This document shows, in pieces, positions 1-9,741 of a stretch of 64,000 nt of DNA; within the stretch, counting starts at the first letter, position 1; each line of letters begins with the position of its first letter. The notes under the pieces were generated by a model that was given only the letters and a program-made list of their open reading frames with translations, made no database searches and was not told the DNA's origin. Made by a program: the position numbers and the translations under genes. The stretch is from NCBI GenBank assembly GCA_002376885.1, contig DFOW01000001.1, positions 79,381 to 143,380 of the forward strand. Direction: 5' to 3'. The stretch is from Patescibacteria group bacterium UBA3531. GTDB taxonomy: Bacteria > Patescibacteriota > Minisyncoccia > Phycocordibacterales > UBA3531.

Positions 1-3000
1 TCAATTAAAGACTTGTTTTATGGTTGCCCGCGTCTGTGGCCCCGCATACCCATAGAAGGCATCTGTTGGGATAGCTAAGTTGTGTCTCTCTTGGAACTTC
101 CCGACGGCTTTTCTTGTTAAAGAGCCATAGTAGCCAGTCGTGAGTCCTTCAGGGTAGATAGTCGTGTCTTGAGCAAGGATTTGCTGGAGAAGTCTTGTTT
201 GACTGCTTGTCGTATTGAACCTAAACGGTCCGGTAAGGTTTGTGGTACTGACCGTAAAGGTTTGATCGCCTGTTGGTGAGGTGTTTCCTTGGAGAATGTT
301 ACGTACCGTGTCTAAGGTTGCTTGATCGACATTGAATGAGGTGAGGAGTGTGATGATGGAGGTGACTTGAGCGCTTGTGAGACCTGAACCTGTACTTGGT
401 TGTGATGGTTGGGTTGGGGTGGTTGGGGCGCCTAACCCTCCTCCGAAGCTTGGAGGGAGTGCTGCTACTGATCCCGAGCTTGCACTCGTGTTTGTGGTGC
501 CTCCGGTATTGGTGATCGTGGCGGTGTCACTCGTTACGTCAGTTGATTCTTTGGTATCAGTAAAGGTAGCCGTCAAAATGGTTGATCCGCTGGGCACATT
601 GAGGGCTCCATCACTTCCTGATACAGAACCAGTATTAATACTTGGTGATCCGGTGAAGATACCCGTAGCACTTCCTGTTTCAGTAAGGGTAACCGTTTCC
701 GTATCACCATTTGAAAGTGTTGTAGTGATCGTGAAGGAGTCAGTGCTTGTGGCGCTGGTATTGGCATCACCATCTAAGACGGTGATGGTAGGACTATCAC
801 TGGTGGTGTAGCCCTCTTGATTGAGACTCGTCGTCGACGACGCACTAATGTATCCCGTTGACTCGTTTAAGTAACCTCCTAGGTTGGTGAAGGAGTTAAG
901 GACCGTCGTAACGGCACTGGTAAGGAAGCTTGCTCCTCCATCTAAAGCTAAGTTGTAGTACTGAAGGACGGGGATGGTGGTTTGGGTACTCGTTGCCTTG
1001 TAGGTCACGGTACCGGTACCCGGCGTAAAGGTTCCATTGACGGTGAGTGGTGTTGCGCTTGCGGTGGCATCGGTTAAGTAGAGATTGTTTGATCCGAGTG
1101 AGAAGGTCTCTCCACTTGCAATGGTAAGGCCAGAGCTTGTTGCGTTTGAGGCAAGTGTTAGGGATGCTACTGCTGTACTTGATGAGACGGTCAGGTCTCC
1201 CAGGTCAAAGGCGCCAGAGTTATCGGTATAGGTTGTGGTGCCGTCGATGGTGAAGGCTTCTCCGTTTCGGGTGTAAGAGCCTCCGCTTCCAATGGTAATG
1301 TCTTCTCCTACGGTGAGTGTCACATTGTTCGTGTCTATGTCTAAGTCACCGTCGGTGATGGTGAGATTGTTATCGACGTCAACGTTATTGACGAAGATGA
1401 CGTCGTTGCTTCCTGAAGCGCCGGTATTGTTGATAGTGAGGTTGTAGAAGGAGTCATTGATTTCAATGGTTTGATCGGTACTGGTGGCGGCAAAGATGAT
1501 GGTTGAGGTTCCGACAATGAGTGTCCCTGCCGTATCGAGTGTTAAGTCATCAGTGAAGGTGAGCGTGTTTCCGTTAGTGGTGGTGATAGCCCCTGCGGGG
1601 CTCCCGTTAGATTCACTAAGAGCACCAAAAGTTACAGAACTATCCCCCGAGATAGTGATTTGAGCGTTAACAACACCTGCCAAACCAATAGTTGTTTGTC
1701 CTAATACCGTTAAATCATGTCCAGCAGTGTTGAGCGTTTTAGTTCCAGAAAGAGGGTTTAACGGAAGATTCCCCAGAACGGTAGTACTTCCAGTAAGAGA
1801 GTATGACCCACCAGCAGTAAGAGCTGACAAATCTAAGGTCTTCATAACACCAGCTACAATATTTTCTTGGGTCGTAGTGTCATACTCAAAAGATATTCCA
1901 GAAAAATCACTAGTACCACTATCAACGACCGGTGTTGCAATAGCCGCCCGAAGAATAAAAGTTCCATTTCCTCCACTTGTGCCATCAGTAATAGTTCCTC
2001 CACCAAATGTCAGCACCCTATCAACAGTCACACTCGTAGACAAAGTGGTTGTTTGTCCAGAAGATCCTATGTTTAAATTATAAAAGACGGGAGAAAGAGT
2101 AGTTATTGTTCCTGTTCCATCAAGGATCACTGTGCTTGTTTCATCAGTAAATTTGTTTCCTGAATCCGTCCAATCACCACTTACCGTAATAGTTCCTGAC
2201 CCTCCCAACAAAGATCCTAAACTTGAATCAATAAGAAGGTCTCCATACACCGTCATGTTCTGATTGTTTGCATCAAGAGTGCCAACAACTTTTAAGTCCG
2301 AAGATGTATCACTGTCTCCAACGGTTATACTTGCATCTTGTGTAAGGGTATATCCATCAGGAATATACAATTCATAGTCAGAATCTGTACCAACTGTTAT
2401 TGCACCCCCTGATATAGATAGAAGATCGTCTGAATCAGACGTGTCTGAAGAAGAAACAATGGTGTTTGTTGTCGTTCCTGTATTATCGTTTTTAATGAGA
2501 ATATGATTCTGATACAGATCTAAATTAGCAAGACCCCCAGGACCAACGATAGAAAATGCCGATGCTTTTTCTGTCTCTCCATCTAAATAGATTGCAATAG
2601 CCGCACCTTCAGTAATCCCCGTTGTCGTTGTTGAGAATGAAAAGGTTCCATCAGACGCTGTTGTGGTAGTAAAAAAGTCTGTATTAAGCGTTGAGCCGCC
2701 GCTTACCGAAAGCGCTACTGTTTTACCCGATCCAAGCGCTGTGGAACCCTCATCACTATACGCTGTTCCTTGCATAAACTTTGACTCATACCATGCAATT
2801 TCGGAAGAACCCAAAGCACTAACCACAAAATCAATATCCCCGTCGTCATCAAAATCAGTTGGTACAACGTTCTCTGGGTTGTCCATATAAGTAGTGCCAT
2901 CCTCAACCATTCTTGAGGTAAAGCTAGTATCGCTTCCATCATTTTCAAACCATAACAGTTCATCATCTAACGAACCCGCCACAAAATCAAAATCCCCATC

Positions 3001-3939
3001 GTTATCAAAATCAACAGGACGACCACCACGTGGAGTCCCTACCGATAGAGACCCTATAGCGCGTCGCGTAAAACTTGTATCTGTGCCGTCGTTCTCATAC
3101 CAAGCAAAAGGACTTGACGAATTTTTTGCAACCGTTACTACATCCAAGTCGCCATCCTTATCAAAATCAAGTGGTCGTGCCCTCCATGCAGACGAAGCAT
3201 TGGAACTTGTATCGATTGATCTTCGCGTAAATGATAAGTCTGTGCCATCGTTTTGGTACCACATAAATTCTTGACCTTCATCAGCGGCAGCAACCACATC
3301 TATGTCTCCATCTTCATCGAAATCAATCGCTTCAATATAGGCAGCACCCGTTGCTGCCGCTGTTGCATCAATACTCCGTTTTGTAAAACTCGTATCGCTC
3401 CCGTCGTTTTGATACCATGCAAATTCTCCATCATTTTGTGCAGCCCCCAAAACATCAAGATCACCGTCTTCGTCAAAATCAATTACATAAATGTTACTCG
3501 GCTCACCAAGGTTGGAATCTATCTCGTGGAAGGTAAACGATGTATCTGTGCCGTCGTTCTCATACCAAGAATAAACACCAAGAGTAATACCAAGTCCATG
3601 CGCAGCCATAACCACATCTATATCTCCGTCTTCATCGAAGTCGATGGGCTGCACATCAAACATACTCGTTGTGCTTGCGGCAGTACTATCTATGAGGTGT
3701 CTGGTAAAAGATAGATTGGTTCCATTGTTTTCGTACCAGGCAAAGTTCGTTGATGCACCACTGATTACGTCCATATCTCCGTCTTCGTCGAAGTCAAAAA
3801 CTTCCACGTTTCTTGCGGCTACTGCAGCGATCTGATGACGCACATAAGGTCCAGATGCATCCACGTAGGAAACCAAGGAAAGCGATGCGAGTGCACCTAA
3901 AATACCAATTGTTAATATAGAAAGATTTTTTTTATACAT
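1..3939 (-). CDS. Large secreted surface protein: signal peptide, 7 FG-GAP/VCBS repeats (beta-propeller), Thr/Gly-rich beta-solenoid stalk, C-terminal peptidoglycan-binding-like domain
   Basis: Seven DFDxDGDxD motifs with WYENDG repeats; C-terminal LQQILAQD..YPEGLTTGYYGSLTRKAVGKFQ resembles PG_binding_1. Confidence 0.85.
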   Translation of the reverse strand: MYKKNLSILTIGILGALASLSLVSYVDASGPYVRHQIAAVAARNVEVFDFDEDGDMDVISGASTNFAWYENNGTNLSFTRHLIDSTAASTTSMFDVQPIDFDEDGDIDVVMAAHGLGITLGVYSWYENDGTDTSFTFHEIDSNLGEPSNIYVIDFDEDGDLDVLGAAQNDGEFAWYQNDGSDTSFTKRSIDATAAATGAAYIEAIDFDEDGDIDVVAAADEGQEFMWYQNDGTDLSFTRRSIDTSSNASSAWRARPLDFDKDGDLDVVTVAKNSSSPFAWYENDGTDTSFTRRAIGSLSVGTPRGGRPVDFDNDGDFDFVAGSLDDELLWFENDGSDTSFTSRMVEDGTTYMDNPENVVPTDFDDDGDIDFVVSALGSSEIAWYESKFMQGTAYSDEGSTALGSGKTVALSVSGGSTLNTDFFTTTTASDGTFSFSTTTTGITEGAAIAIYLDGETEKASAFSIVGPGGLANLDLYQNHILIKNDNTGTTTNTIVSSSDTSDSDDLLSISGGAITVGTDSDYELYIPDGYTLTQDASITVGDSDTSSDLKVVGTLDANNQNMTVYGDLLIDSSLGSLLGGSGTITVSGDWTDSGNKFTDETSTVILDGTGTITTLSPVFYNLNIGSSGQTTTLSTSVTVDRVLTFGGGTITDGTSGGNGTFILRAAIATPVVDSGTSDFSGISFEYDTTTQENIVAGVMKTLDLSALTAGGSYSLTGSTTVLGNLPLNPLSGTKTLNTAGHDLTVLGQTTIGLAGVVNAQITISGDSSVTFGALSESNGSPAGAITTTNGNTLTFTDDLTLDTAGTLIVGTSTIIFAATSTDQTIEINDSFYNLTINNTGASGSNDVIFVNNVDVDNNLTITDGDLDIDTNNVTLTVGEDITIGSGGSYTRNGEAFTIDGTTTYTDNSGAFDLGDLTVSSSTAVASLTLASNATSSGLTIASGETFSLGSNNLYLTDATASATPLTVNGTFTPGTGTVTYKATSTQTTIPVLQYYNLALDGGASFLTSAVTTVLNSFTNLGGYLNESTGYISASSTTSLNQEGYTTSDSPTITVLDGDANTSATSTDSFTITTTLSNGDTETVTLTETGSATGIFTGSPSINTGSVSGSDGALNVPSGSTILTATFTDTKESTDVTSDTATITNTGGTTNTSASSGSVAALPPSFGGGLGAPTTPTQPSQPSTGSGLTSAQVTSIITLLTSFNVDQATLDTVRNILQGNTSPTGDQTFTVSTTNLTGPFRFNTTSSQTRLLQQILAQDTTIYPEGLTTGYYGSLTRKAVGKFQERHNLAIPTDAFYGYAGPQTRATIKQVFN

Positions 3940-4047
3940 TTATTATGACCTTACCAATCAGCCCCGTATATATACCTGTCTTCTTCCAGGTCCATATTAG
4001 TATAGCAATCCTAAAAAATAAGGAAACAAAGCTATTAACAGGTGTTT

Positions 4048-5145
4048 TTAGATCTTAAATTCGACCACATCACCATCTTTGACGACATACTCTTTCCCTT
4101 CTGTCCGTACCAAACCCTTTTCACGAGCGGTCGCATATGAACCCGCACTAACAAGGTCGTCGTAGGCTACAATTTCTGCACGAATAAATTTATCTCTAAA
4201 GTCAGTGTGGATCGCTATGCCCGCAACCGGTGCTACAGACCCTCTTTTTGTGGTCCAGCCTCTGGTTTCTTTCTCTCCTGTTGTAAGAAAGGTTATCAGA
4301 TCTAAGAGTTCATAGCTTTTTTTGATAAGAAGATTGATACCATCATCTTGTGCACCAAGCTCATTTCTATATTCTTCTTTTTCCCCTGATTCAAAGTCTT
4401 TTAATTCATGCTCTATCCCCGCATCGATGACAAGATACTTTGAATCTCTCTCTTTTAAAAAACTAAGGAGATTTTTAAACCGGTCATCTTCTGTTTCATC
4501 TAAGTTGGTTCCTCCTGCTTTTTTATTAAGTCCATACATCATCGGTTTAAGTGTTAAAAGGTTACGTTCTTTTACAAGTTCTTTTTCTTCATCCTCTAAA
4601 TCAAGTTCTTCAGCTCGTTTTTCTTCTTCAAGTCCTTTTTTTAGTTTTTCTAAAACTTCTTTTTCTTTAAGAACTTTTTTATCTCCTTTTTTGATTTCTC
4701 GGTCAAGCGCCCCTAGTCGTTTTGCAACATTCTCCAAATCTTTCAGGGTAAGTTCTAAGTTGATTGTTTTTATATCATCAAGAGGATCGATTTTATCACT
4801 CACATGAGTAATGTCTTTGTCTTCAAAAATACGAACCATATGCAAAATAGCGTCCACCTCTTGAATATGGGAAAGAAATTGATTACCAAGCCCTTCCCCT
4901 TCGGAAGCTCCACGAACTAAGCCTGCGATATCAACAAATTCAGTTACTGCAGGGATTGTTTTTTCTGATTGAGATAGCTCAGTTAGTGTTTGTAATCGGG
5001 CATCGGGGACTGGGACAATACCCACCGATGGATCGATAGTACAAAAGGGGTAGTTTTCTGCCGGGACACTCTTTTTTGTAAGTGCGTTAAAGAGCGTGGA
5101 CTTCCCTACGTTTGGGAGTCCTACAATACCAATCGAGAGAGCCAT
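4048..5145 (-). CDS. ychF: Redox-regulated ATPase YchF (Obg family)
   Basis: GIVGLPNVGKST, NYPFCTIDP, DIAGLV, EGKEYVVKDGD. Confidence 0.97.
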   Translation of the reverse strand: MALSIGIVGLPNVGKSTLFNALTKKSVPAENYPFCTIDPSVGIVPVPDARLQTLTELSQSEKTIPAVTEFVDIAGLVRGASEGEGLGNQFLSHIQEVDAILHMVRIFEDKDITHVSDKIDPLDDIKTINLELTLKDLENVAKRLGALDREIKKGDKKVLKEKEVLEKLKKGLEEEKRAEELDLEDEEKELVKERNLLTLKPMMYGLNKKAGGTNLDETEDDRFKNLLSFLKERDSKYLVIDAGIEHELKDFESGEKEEYRNELGAQDDGINLLIKKSYELLDLITFLTTGEKETRGWTTKRGSVAPVAGIAIHTDFRDKFIRAEIVAYDDLVSAGSYATAREKGLVRTEGKEYVVKDGDVVEFKI

Positions 5146-5146
5146 A

Positions 5147-5368
5147 TTACATTAACTTTTTAAGCTCGTCTTGGTACTTTTTACCTACTTCCATAACGGC
5201 AGCCATTTGATCCTTCCCTTTATCCATTTCAGCTTTTACCTCGACTGCCATTTTTTGGAAAAGCTCTGGATTTTTAGTTACAAGCTCCATCATCTTCTCT
5301 TGCTGATCTTTTGGAACTCCAGCCATTTGCTTCTCCACGGCCTTTTTCATAAAAAATTCTTTAAACAT
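5147..5368 (-). CDS. Small helical Met/Lys-rich hypothetical protein
   Basis: 73-aa ORF tightly packed between the ROK gene and ychF. Confidence 0.8.
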   Translation of the reverse strand: MFKEFFMKKAVEKQMAGVPKDQQEKMMELVTKNPELFQKMAVEVKAEMDKGKDQMAAVMEVGKKYQDELKKLM

Positions 5369-5379
5369 AGAGCTCTATA

Positions 5380-6216
5380 TTAAAGATTATTGTTTGCGTA
5401 TGCAAGCGCACCATACAGCCCCCCAATATCATTTAATTTTGCTTTTTTGAGGACAGGAGTATTTGGGAAAATTTTCATAATCTTTTTTAGATGCTTTTCA
5501 ACATGGGGCACAGCAATACCCACCTCTTTCATCATTGATCCTCCAAGAACAATTACATCCGGAGACCACAGCACCGTTATATTATTTAAACCAATTGCTA
5601 AAAGCTCTGCTTCTTTCTCCCATACTTCGTCGTCGTGAATATCGTATGGTTTTTTTCCATATCGCTCTTCGACAGCACTTCCACTAATGTAGCCCTCTAA
5701 ATGACCCTTATCTTTGCAATGAGAACACTCCACTCCTTGAAAATCAATAATCTGGTGCCCTGGCTCAAAGCCATGGGCGCTTGCATCAATACGTTGGTTT
5801 ACGATACGCGCGCCACCCACCCCCGTACTAATAGTTAAGTAAGCAACAATATCGTACCCCTTACCTGCGCCACTCACTGCCTCTCCAAGTCCAACAAGTG
5901 CCGAATCATTTTCTAAAAAAACAGGGCAATCAAATAGGTGTTCAAGCTCTTCTTTTATGGGAAGCCCTATCCAGGAATGCAAGTTGGGCGAATTAACAAG
6001 ACAAGATTTTTCTTTATTTAAAGGGCCAGCAATACCACCAACAACTGCTTCTAATTTTTTATCGCCACACAATTCATCAGCAACTTTTTTGATAGTTTTT
6101 AATTGTGTATCAAAATTTTTTTCAGTAGGGAAAATAACAGGATCAATAAAACTTTCTCCATTTTTTGAATACGTTACGCGAGTTTTTGTTCCCCCATTAT
6201 CAAATAAAAGATACAT
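5380..6216 (-). CDS. ROK family sugar kinase (glucokinase-like)
   Basis: DNGGTK, LENDSA, TISTGVGGA, EPGH, CxxC..GHLE. Confidence 0.92.
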   Translation of the reverse strand: MYLLFDNGGTKTRVTYSKNGESFIDPVIFPTEKNFDTQLKTIKKVADELCGDKKLEAVVGGIAGPLNKEKSCLVNSPNLHSWIGLPIKEELEHLFDCPVFLENDSALVGLGEAVSGAGKGYDIVAYLTISTGVGGARIVNQRIDASAHGFEPGHQIIDFQGVECSHCKDKGHLEGYISGSAVEERYGKKPYDIHDDEVWEKEAELLAIGLNNITVLWSPDVIVLGGSMMKEVGIAVPHVEKHLKKIMKIFPNTPVLKKAKLNDIGGLYGALAYANNNL

Positions 6217-6223
6217 GCCGTAA

Positions 6224-7195
6224 TTATACGGTATTCTTTACATGCGGTTTTGTATGCTTTTCACACGTGCCACCATATTTCCTTTCAAACTCATAGGCAC
6301 TTGTTGCAGCAACAGAACCTGTGCATGCTGCCGTAATATCTTGCTTAAAGCTTCCGAATATATTTACTGCGTCTCCTGCTGCACAGATTCCAGGGATATT
6401 GGTTTGCATCATATTGTTTACTTTTATGTATCCTTCTTCATCGAGAGCCACTCCCAGTGATTTTGGTAATTCAACATCAGGAACAGCACCAATCTCTATA
6501 AACAAACCATCTGCGACAAGTTCATTGTTTCCGTTAAATTCCTTTGAAAGTTTAACTTTTTCGAATTTTTCTGTTCCAATAATCTCTTCAATGGTTGTCT
6601 CATACAAAACCTCCACCTTGTCACCCAATTTTTCCATTTGTTCCAAGTTAATAGGCTCTCCATGAAGCTCTTTCTCCATTGTTATAAGATAAATCTTATC
6701 GGCATACTCACCTGCTAAATTTATTCCTTTAACGGATGCATCCCCTCCGCCAACTACAATTATTGTTTTACCGATATACAGCGGTGCATCGCAGGTTGCG
6801 CAGTAATGAATCCCTTTTCCGGTTAATTCTTTTTCATTGGGGAGGCCTAGGTGTCTGCGCTCTGTCCCGATAGCAAAAATTACCGTGCTTGTTTCGTATT
6901 TTTTATCTCGGGTGGAGACCACAAAGCAATCTCCTTCCTTTTCTACTTTTGTTACTTTGCCATCAATAATTTTTGCACCAACATTCTCTGCCTGCTCTTT
7001 CATAATCTTCATAAGATCGTACCCATCAATTGCCTTTGCACCAGGATAATTCCAAATAGTCCATGCAGTCGCAGTAGCGCCACCAAAGTCCTCGCCAATG
7101 GTGAGAACCTTCATTTTGTAGCGACCAGCATAAAGTGACGCAGCAAGCCCTGCAGCACCCGTACCAATTATGACAACATCGTAATGCTCCTCCAT
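6224..7195 (-). CDS. trxB: Thioredoxin reductase family FAD oxidoreductase
   Basis: GTGAAG FAD motif, CATCD redox motif, GGGDA, TNIPGICAAGD. Confidence 0.85.
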   Translation of the reverse strand: MEEHYDVVIIGTGAAGLAASLYAGRYKMKVLTIGEDFGGATATAWTIWNYPGAKAIDGYDLMKIMKEQAENVGAKIIDGKVTKVEKEGDCFVVSTRDKKYETSTVIFAIGTERRHLGLPNEKELTGKGIHYCATCDAPLYIGKTIIVVGGGDASVKGINLAGEYADKIYLITMEKELHGEPINLEQMEKLGDKVEVLYETTIEEIIGTEKFEKVKLSKEFNGNNELVADGLFIEIGAVPDVELPKSLGVALDEEGYIKVNNMMQTNIPGICAAGDAVNIFGSFKQDITAACTGSVAATSAYEFERKYGGTCEKHTKPHVKNTV

Positions 7196-7201
7196 GTACC
7201 C

Positions 7202-7444
7202 TTACGCGCTAATGCCAGCAAGTTCTGCAAGCTTCTCTTTATTGAAGCCAACTAAAACTTGGCCATCAATATCAATAACCGGAACCCCCATTTGCCCCGA
7301 TTTTTCAATCATTTCGTTTCGAGCAGTTTCATCTTGTGTTACATCAACTGCTTCGTACTTTACATTATTTTCATCCAAAAACTCTTTTGTCATTTTACAG
7401 TAATGACAGGTTGGAGTTGTGTAAATCTTTATATTGTGCTCCAT
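7202..7444 (-). CDS. Glutaredoxin-like protein (NrdH/YruB type)
   Basis: YTTPTCHYC, SGQMGVPVI. Confidence 0.92.
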   Translation of the reverse strand: MEHNIKIYTTPTCHYCKMTKEFLDENNVKYEAVDVTQDETARNEMIEKSGQMGVPVIDIDGQVLVGFNKEKLAELAGISA

Positions 7445-7581
7445 GGTATTTTATTTATCTAATAAGTGATTCTTATTATATCGCTGAAATGTTATCTCGC
7501 AAAACAAGAAAAGACTCAATCCCCAGGTTTACTAATTTAATCCTTGCCTCGTGCCATACTTTAAACAGAGAGGGGGAGGTC

Positions 7582-7842
7582 ATGTTTGAACTTGTCCTCA
7601 TCTTCATTTCCACGTTCGATGGGAAAATGGCGGGAAGTACCGTCATCAATCATGAGGTCGTTGGTTTGTTCGACACCAAGACTCAATGTGAGCGACACGC
7701 CGACGCCTATGAAGGGGGTACGTGGCGCAAGTTCACGCTCATGGGCTCGAACAAGGACAACGAGAGGGTCCAGGTACAACTCATGATGAAGTGCATGCCA
7801 GCTGGCCAGGGACCGGCAGTTGCGAAGAGGCCGTCCAAATAA
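7582..7842 (+). CDS. GC-rich ORFan, 86 aa (MFELVLIF...), cassette 1
   Basis: Purine-rich SD-like run AGAGAGGGGGAGGT just upstream of ATG 7582; TGcCATACT extended -10 at 7552-7560; C/G-ending codons; hairpin over the stop codon. Confidence 0.7.
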   Translation: MFELVLIFISTFDGKMAGSTVINHEVVGLFDTKTQCERHADAYEGGTWRKFTLMGSNKDNERVQVQLMMKCMPAGQGPAVAKRPSK

Positions 7843-7853
7843 GGCGGCCTTTT
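7828..7853 (+). terminator. Intrinsic terminator of cassette 1
   Basis: AGGCCGTC...GGCGGCCT followed by TTT. Confidence 0.6.
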
Positions 7854-7887
7854 CCCTACTCCATAACCCAAAAGTGTTACTCAAAAC

Positions 7888-7913
7888 AAAAGACCCCCCA
7901 ACGGGGCTCTTTT
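7888..7913. terminator. Bidirectional terminator-like hairpin
   Basis: AAAAGACCCC...GGGGCTCTTTT between convergent genes. Confidence 0.6.
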
Positions 7914-7935
7914 GCAGCTTCTTTTAATATTAAAA

Positions 7936-8097
7936 TTAGCTCTTTGGGAGTATCTTGTACATCCCGGTACCACAGACGGAACACTTGCCCTTAGCTGCCT
8001 TTCGTCCATTCTTCATGGTAACCTCTTGGACGTCTTGCATCTCTCGGCCCGCTTTGTCCCGACACTTTACGCAGTACCCCATTACTTTGTCTGACAT
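7936..8097 (-). CDS. Small zinc-ribbon protein (DUF5679-like), 53 aa
   Basis: YCVKC...MKNGRKAAKGKCSVCGTGMYKI; start moved to MSDK. Confidence 0.8.
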   Translation of the reverse strand: MSDKVMGYCVKCRDKAGREMQDVQEVTMKNGRKAAKGKCSVCGTGMYKILPKS

Positions 8098-8101
8098 ATA
8101 C

Positions 8102-8130
8102 AAAAATCCTACCACATAGGCAGGATTTTT
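8102..8130 (-). terminator. Terminator-like hairpin after the membrane protein gene
   Basis: AAAAATCCTACC/GGCAGGATTTTT. Confidence 0.55.
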
Positions 8131-8161
8131 GAATAGAGGCCTCCGCTCCTGTGGAAATCGA

Positions 8162-8545
8162 TTATTTGAACCATCCTTTGACTGACCGTGGGATTCCCTG
8201 CACAAAGAAGAGGGCAAGTGGTGCACCAATATTGGCAAATTGTTCAACAAAATCCCAAATCGGTTCTCCTGCAAGTGGGCGAAGCACAGCTGTCCATGTC
8301 CCCCAAAGAGTCATCCATAAGAGAAGAATTGGGATAAGCCGTACCAATACAAGAACCGCAAGGATTATATCCATAATTCCAATAAGTTGGAGCAATTGTG
8401 TGATTTGAGCAGGATCAGTCATTCCTATAACGTTGAAGTATGGGAACCATCCCTCCTTTCCTTGAAGCGCAAATACTCCATGCCCCAAAAATTCTCCCGC
8501 AACAGTAATACGCAAGGTCCATTCAACCTTTTTTTCGTTTGTCAT
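8162..8545 (-). CDS. DoxX-like small membrane protein
   Basis: LRI..AGEFLGHG and several hydrophobic helices. Confidence 0.7.
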   Translation of the reverse strand: MTNEKKVEWTLRITVAGEFLGHGVFALQGKEGWFPYFNVIGMTDPAQITQLLQLIGIMDIILAVLVLVRLIPILLLWMTLWGTWTAVLRPLAGEPIWDFVEQFANIGAPLALFFVQGIPRSVKGWFK

Positions 8546-8662
8546 AGGCTATGTAAAATTATGCTAATAATATTTTATCGACCTCTTTAAAAAAGAGAGG
8601 GAAAATTCACACCTTTATTATATCAAGCGCTCATGATCTAAAAACCAAAAAATCCCCTCTTT

Positions 8663-8893
8663 ATGGGGATTTTTGTCCAGTGTGGTGGACCACACTATCC
8701 CGTCACTCGAACCGCTCCAATTCGCCCTGGTGTCGAACTTCGTCATCCTCTTTGGGACGAGAAGATGCTCGAGATGCAACGCAAATGGATTTGGGAATTG
8801 AATCCGAGATTAGAGAAAGATGAAGTTGAAGCTGCCGTCTATGCGTGGCTTGCGTATGCGGAGTATGTGGTAAGGTTGGTGGAGAGAAAGTGA
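8663..8893 (+). CDS. Possible ORFan (76 aa) between two hairpins
   Basis: Helical-looking C-terminal half; start lies inside hairpin 8648-8674; no clear SD. Confidence 0.3.
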   Translation: MGIFVQCGGPHYPVTRTAPIRPGVELRHPLWDEKMLEMQRKWIWELNPRLEKDEVEAAVYAWLAYAEYVVRLVERK

Positions 8894-8902
8894 ACCAAAG
8901 AG

Positions 8903-8950
8903 AAAGGCCCGACCGAGGTCTGACCAATCTCTTGGTTGACCTGTCGGGCC
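8903..8950 (-). terminator. Long imperfect hairpin terminating cassette 2
   Basis: GGCCCGAC..AGGTC..ACCAA / TTGGT..GACCT GTCGGGCC abutting the TAG at 8951; TTTCT tail on the - strand. Confidence 0.65.
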
Positions 8951-9452
8951 CTACTTGTCCAGGTCGACGAACGAGGCGTCGATGAGCGTCAGGTACTCGA
9001 GGTCCGGACTGACGTCGCCGATGACGTTGCCGAGCTCGCCCACATCATCCGGGACGCCGACCACCAGGCACTCGAGGCCCATGTAGGTCACCTTCATGCC
9101 GGACTTGAGAGTCTGGCCCTTGAGCTGCTTGAGCACCTCGCGGGGAATCCCCTCGTCATCACCCCAGGCGAACGCGCGCGGAATCCCGAACCTCTCCAGA
9201 ACGCTGCTCCAGAAGAGCTCCGCGTCCCACTCCTCGTACTCCCCATCGGGATACTCCTCGAGACTTGTGACACGGGCAGCTTCCCGAAGAACGCTCGCCG
9301 GGATGCACGGACGGGTCGTCTCGTCGTCGGTGAAGAGACTCGGGAACCCCTTCTGGAGACCCTCGAGGGGTCGCCTTGTCGTCGGTCAAGCTCACGCAGA
9401 GCCTGAGCCACGGATCGGAGACCTTGCAGATTTCCTGCCAATTCCTGTTCAT
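8951..9452 (-). pseudogene. GC-rich ORFan (~166 aa if repaired) with one extra base near 9367-9370, cassette 2
   Basis: MNRNWQ...DDKAT continues after a +1 shift as LEGLQKGFPSLF...FVDLDK; SD AAGGA; promoter TAGACA-17-CACTAT at 9559-9531. Confidence 0.65.
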
Positions 9453-9588
9453 GGTCCTTCTCTCTCCTTCCTGAATCCGCCAGCCGAAGCTGGTGTGTTC
9501 AGGTAGAGAGAGAAATCACTACCTGGGTGGATAGTGACACAGTATTGTGTATTTGTCTAGACTACGAGATTCACCGTAGTGACGATAG

Positions 9589-9662
9589 TGGACCCGACTG
9601 GATTCGAACCAGCGACCTCCTGAGTGCAAAACAGGTGCTCTAGCCAACTGAGCTACGGGCCC
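9589..9662 (-). tRNA. tRNA-Ala(TGC); CCA not encoded
   Basis: GGGCCCGTAGCTCAGTTGGCTAGAGCACCTGTTTTGCACTCAGGAGGTCGCTGGTTCGAATCCAGTCGGGTCCA; G3-U70 identity pair. Confidence 0.95.
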
Positions 9663-9738
9663 CTCACATGAAATCGTATTGCACGAAGTGCGTTTGCGAC
9701 TGCAAACAATACCATTTCATGTGAGGGGCTACGGGCCC
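9659..9738. repeat. Branched palindromic element flanked by an 11-bp duplication of the tRNA 5' end
   Basis: 23-bp arms 9659-9681/9707-9729 (1 mismatch), two inner mini-hairpins; GCTACGGGCCC at 9652-9662 and 9728-9738. Confidence 0.85.
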
Positions 9739-9741
9739 TAC

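Noticed and set aside
2780-3810. Repeating nucleotide pattern as a non-coding array
   Set aside because: Explained by in-frame FG-GAP protein repeats
377-3835. Antisense ORFs over long genes (here and throughout the ORF track)
   Set aside because: Shadow frames of strongly supported genes on the opposite strand
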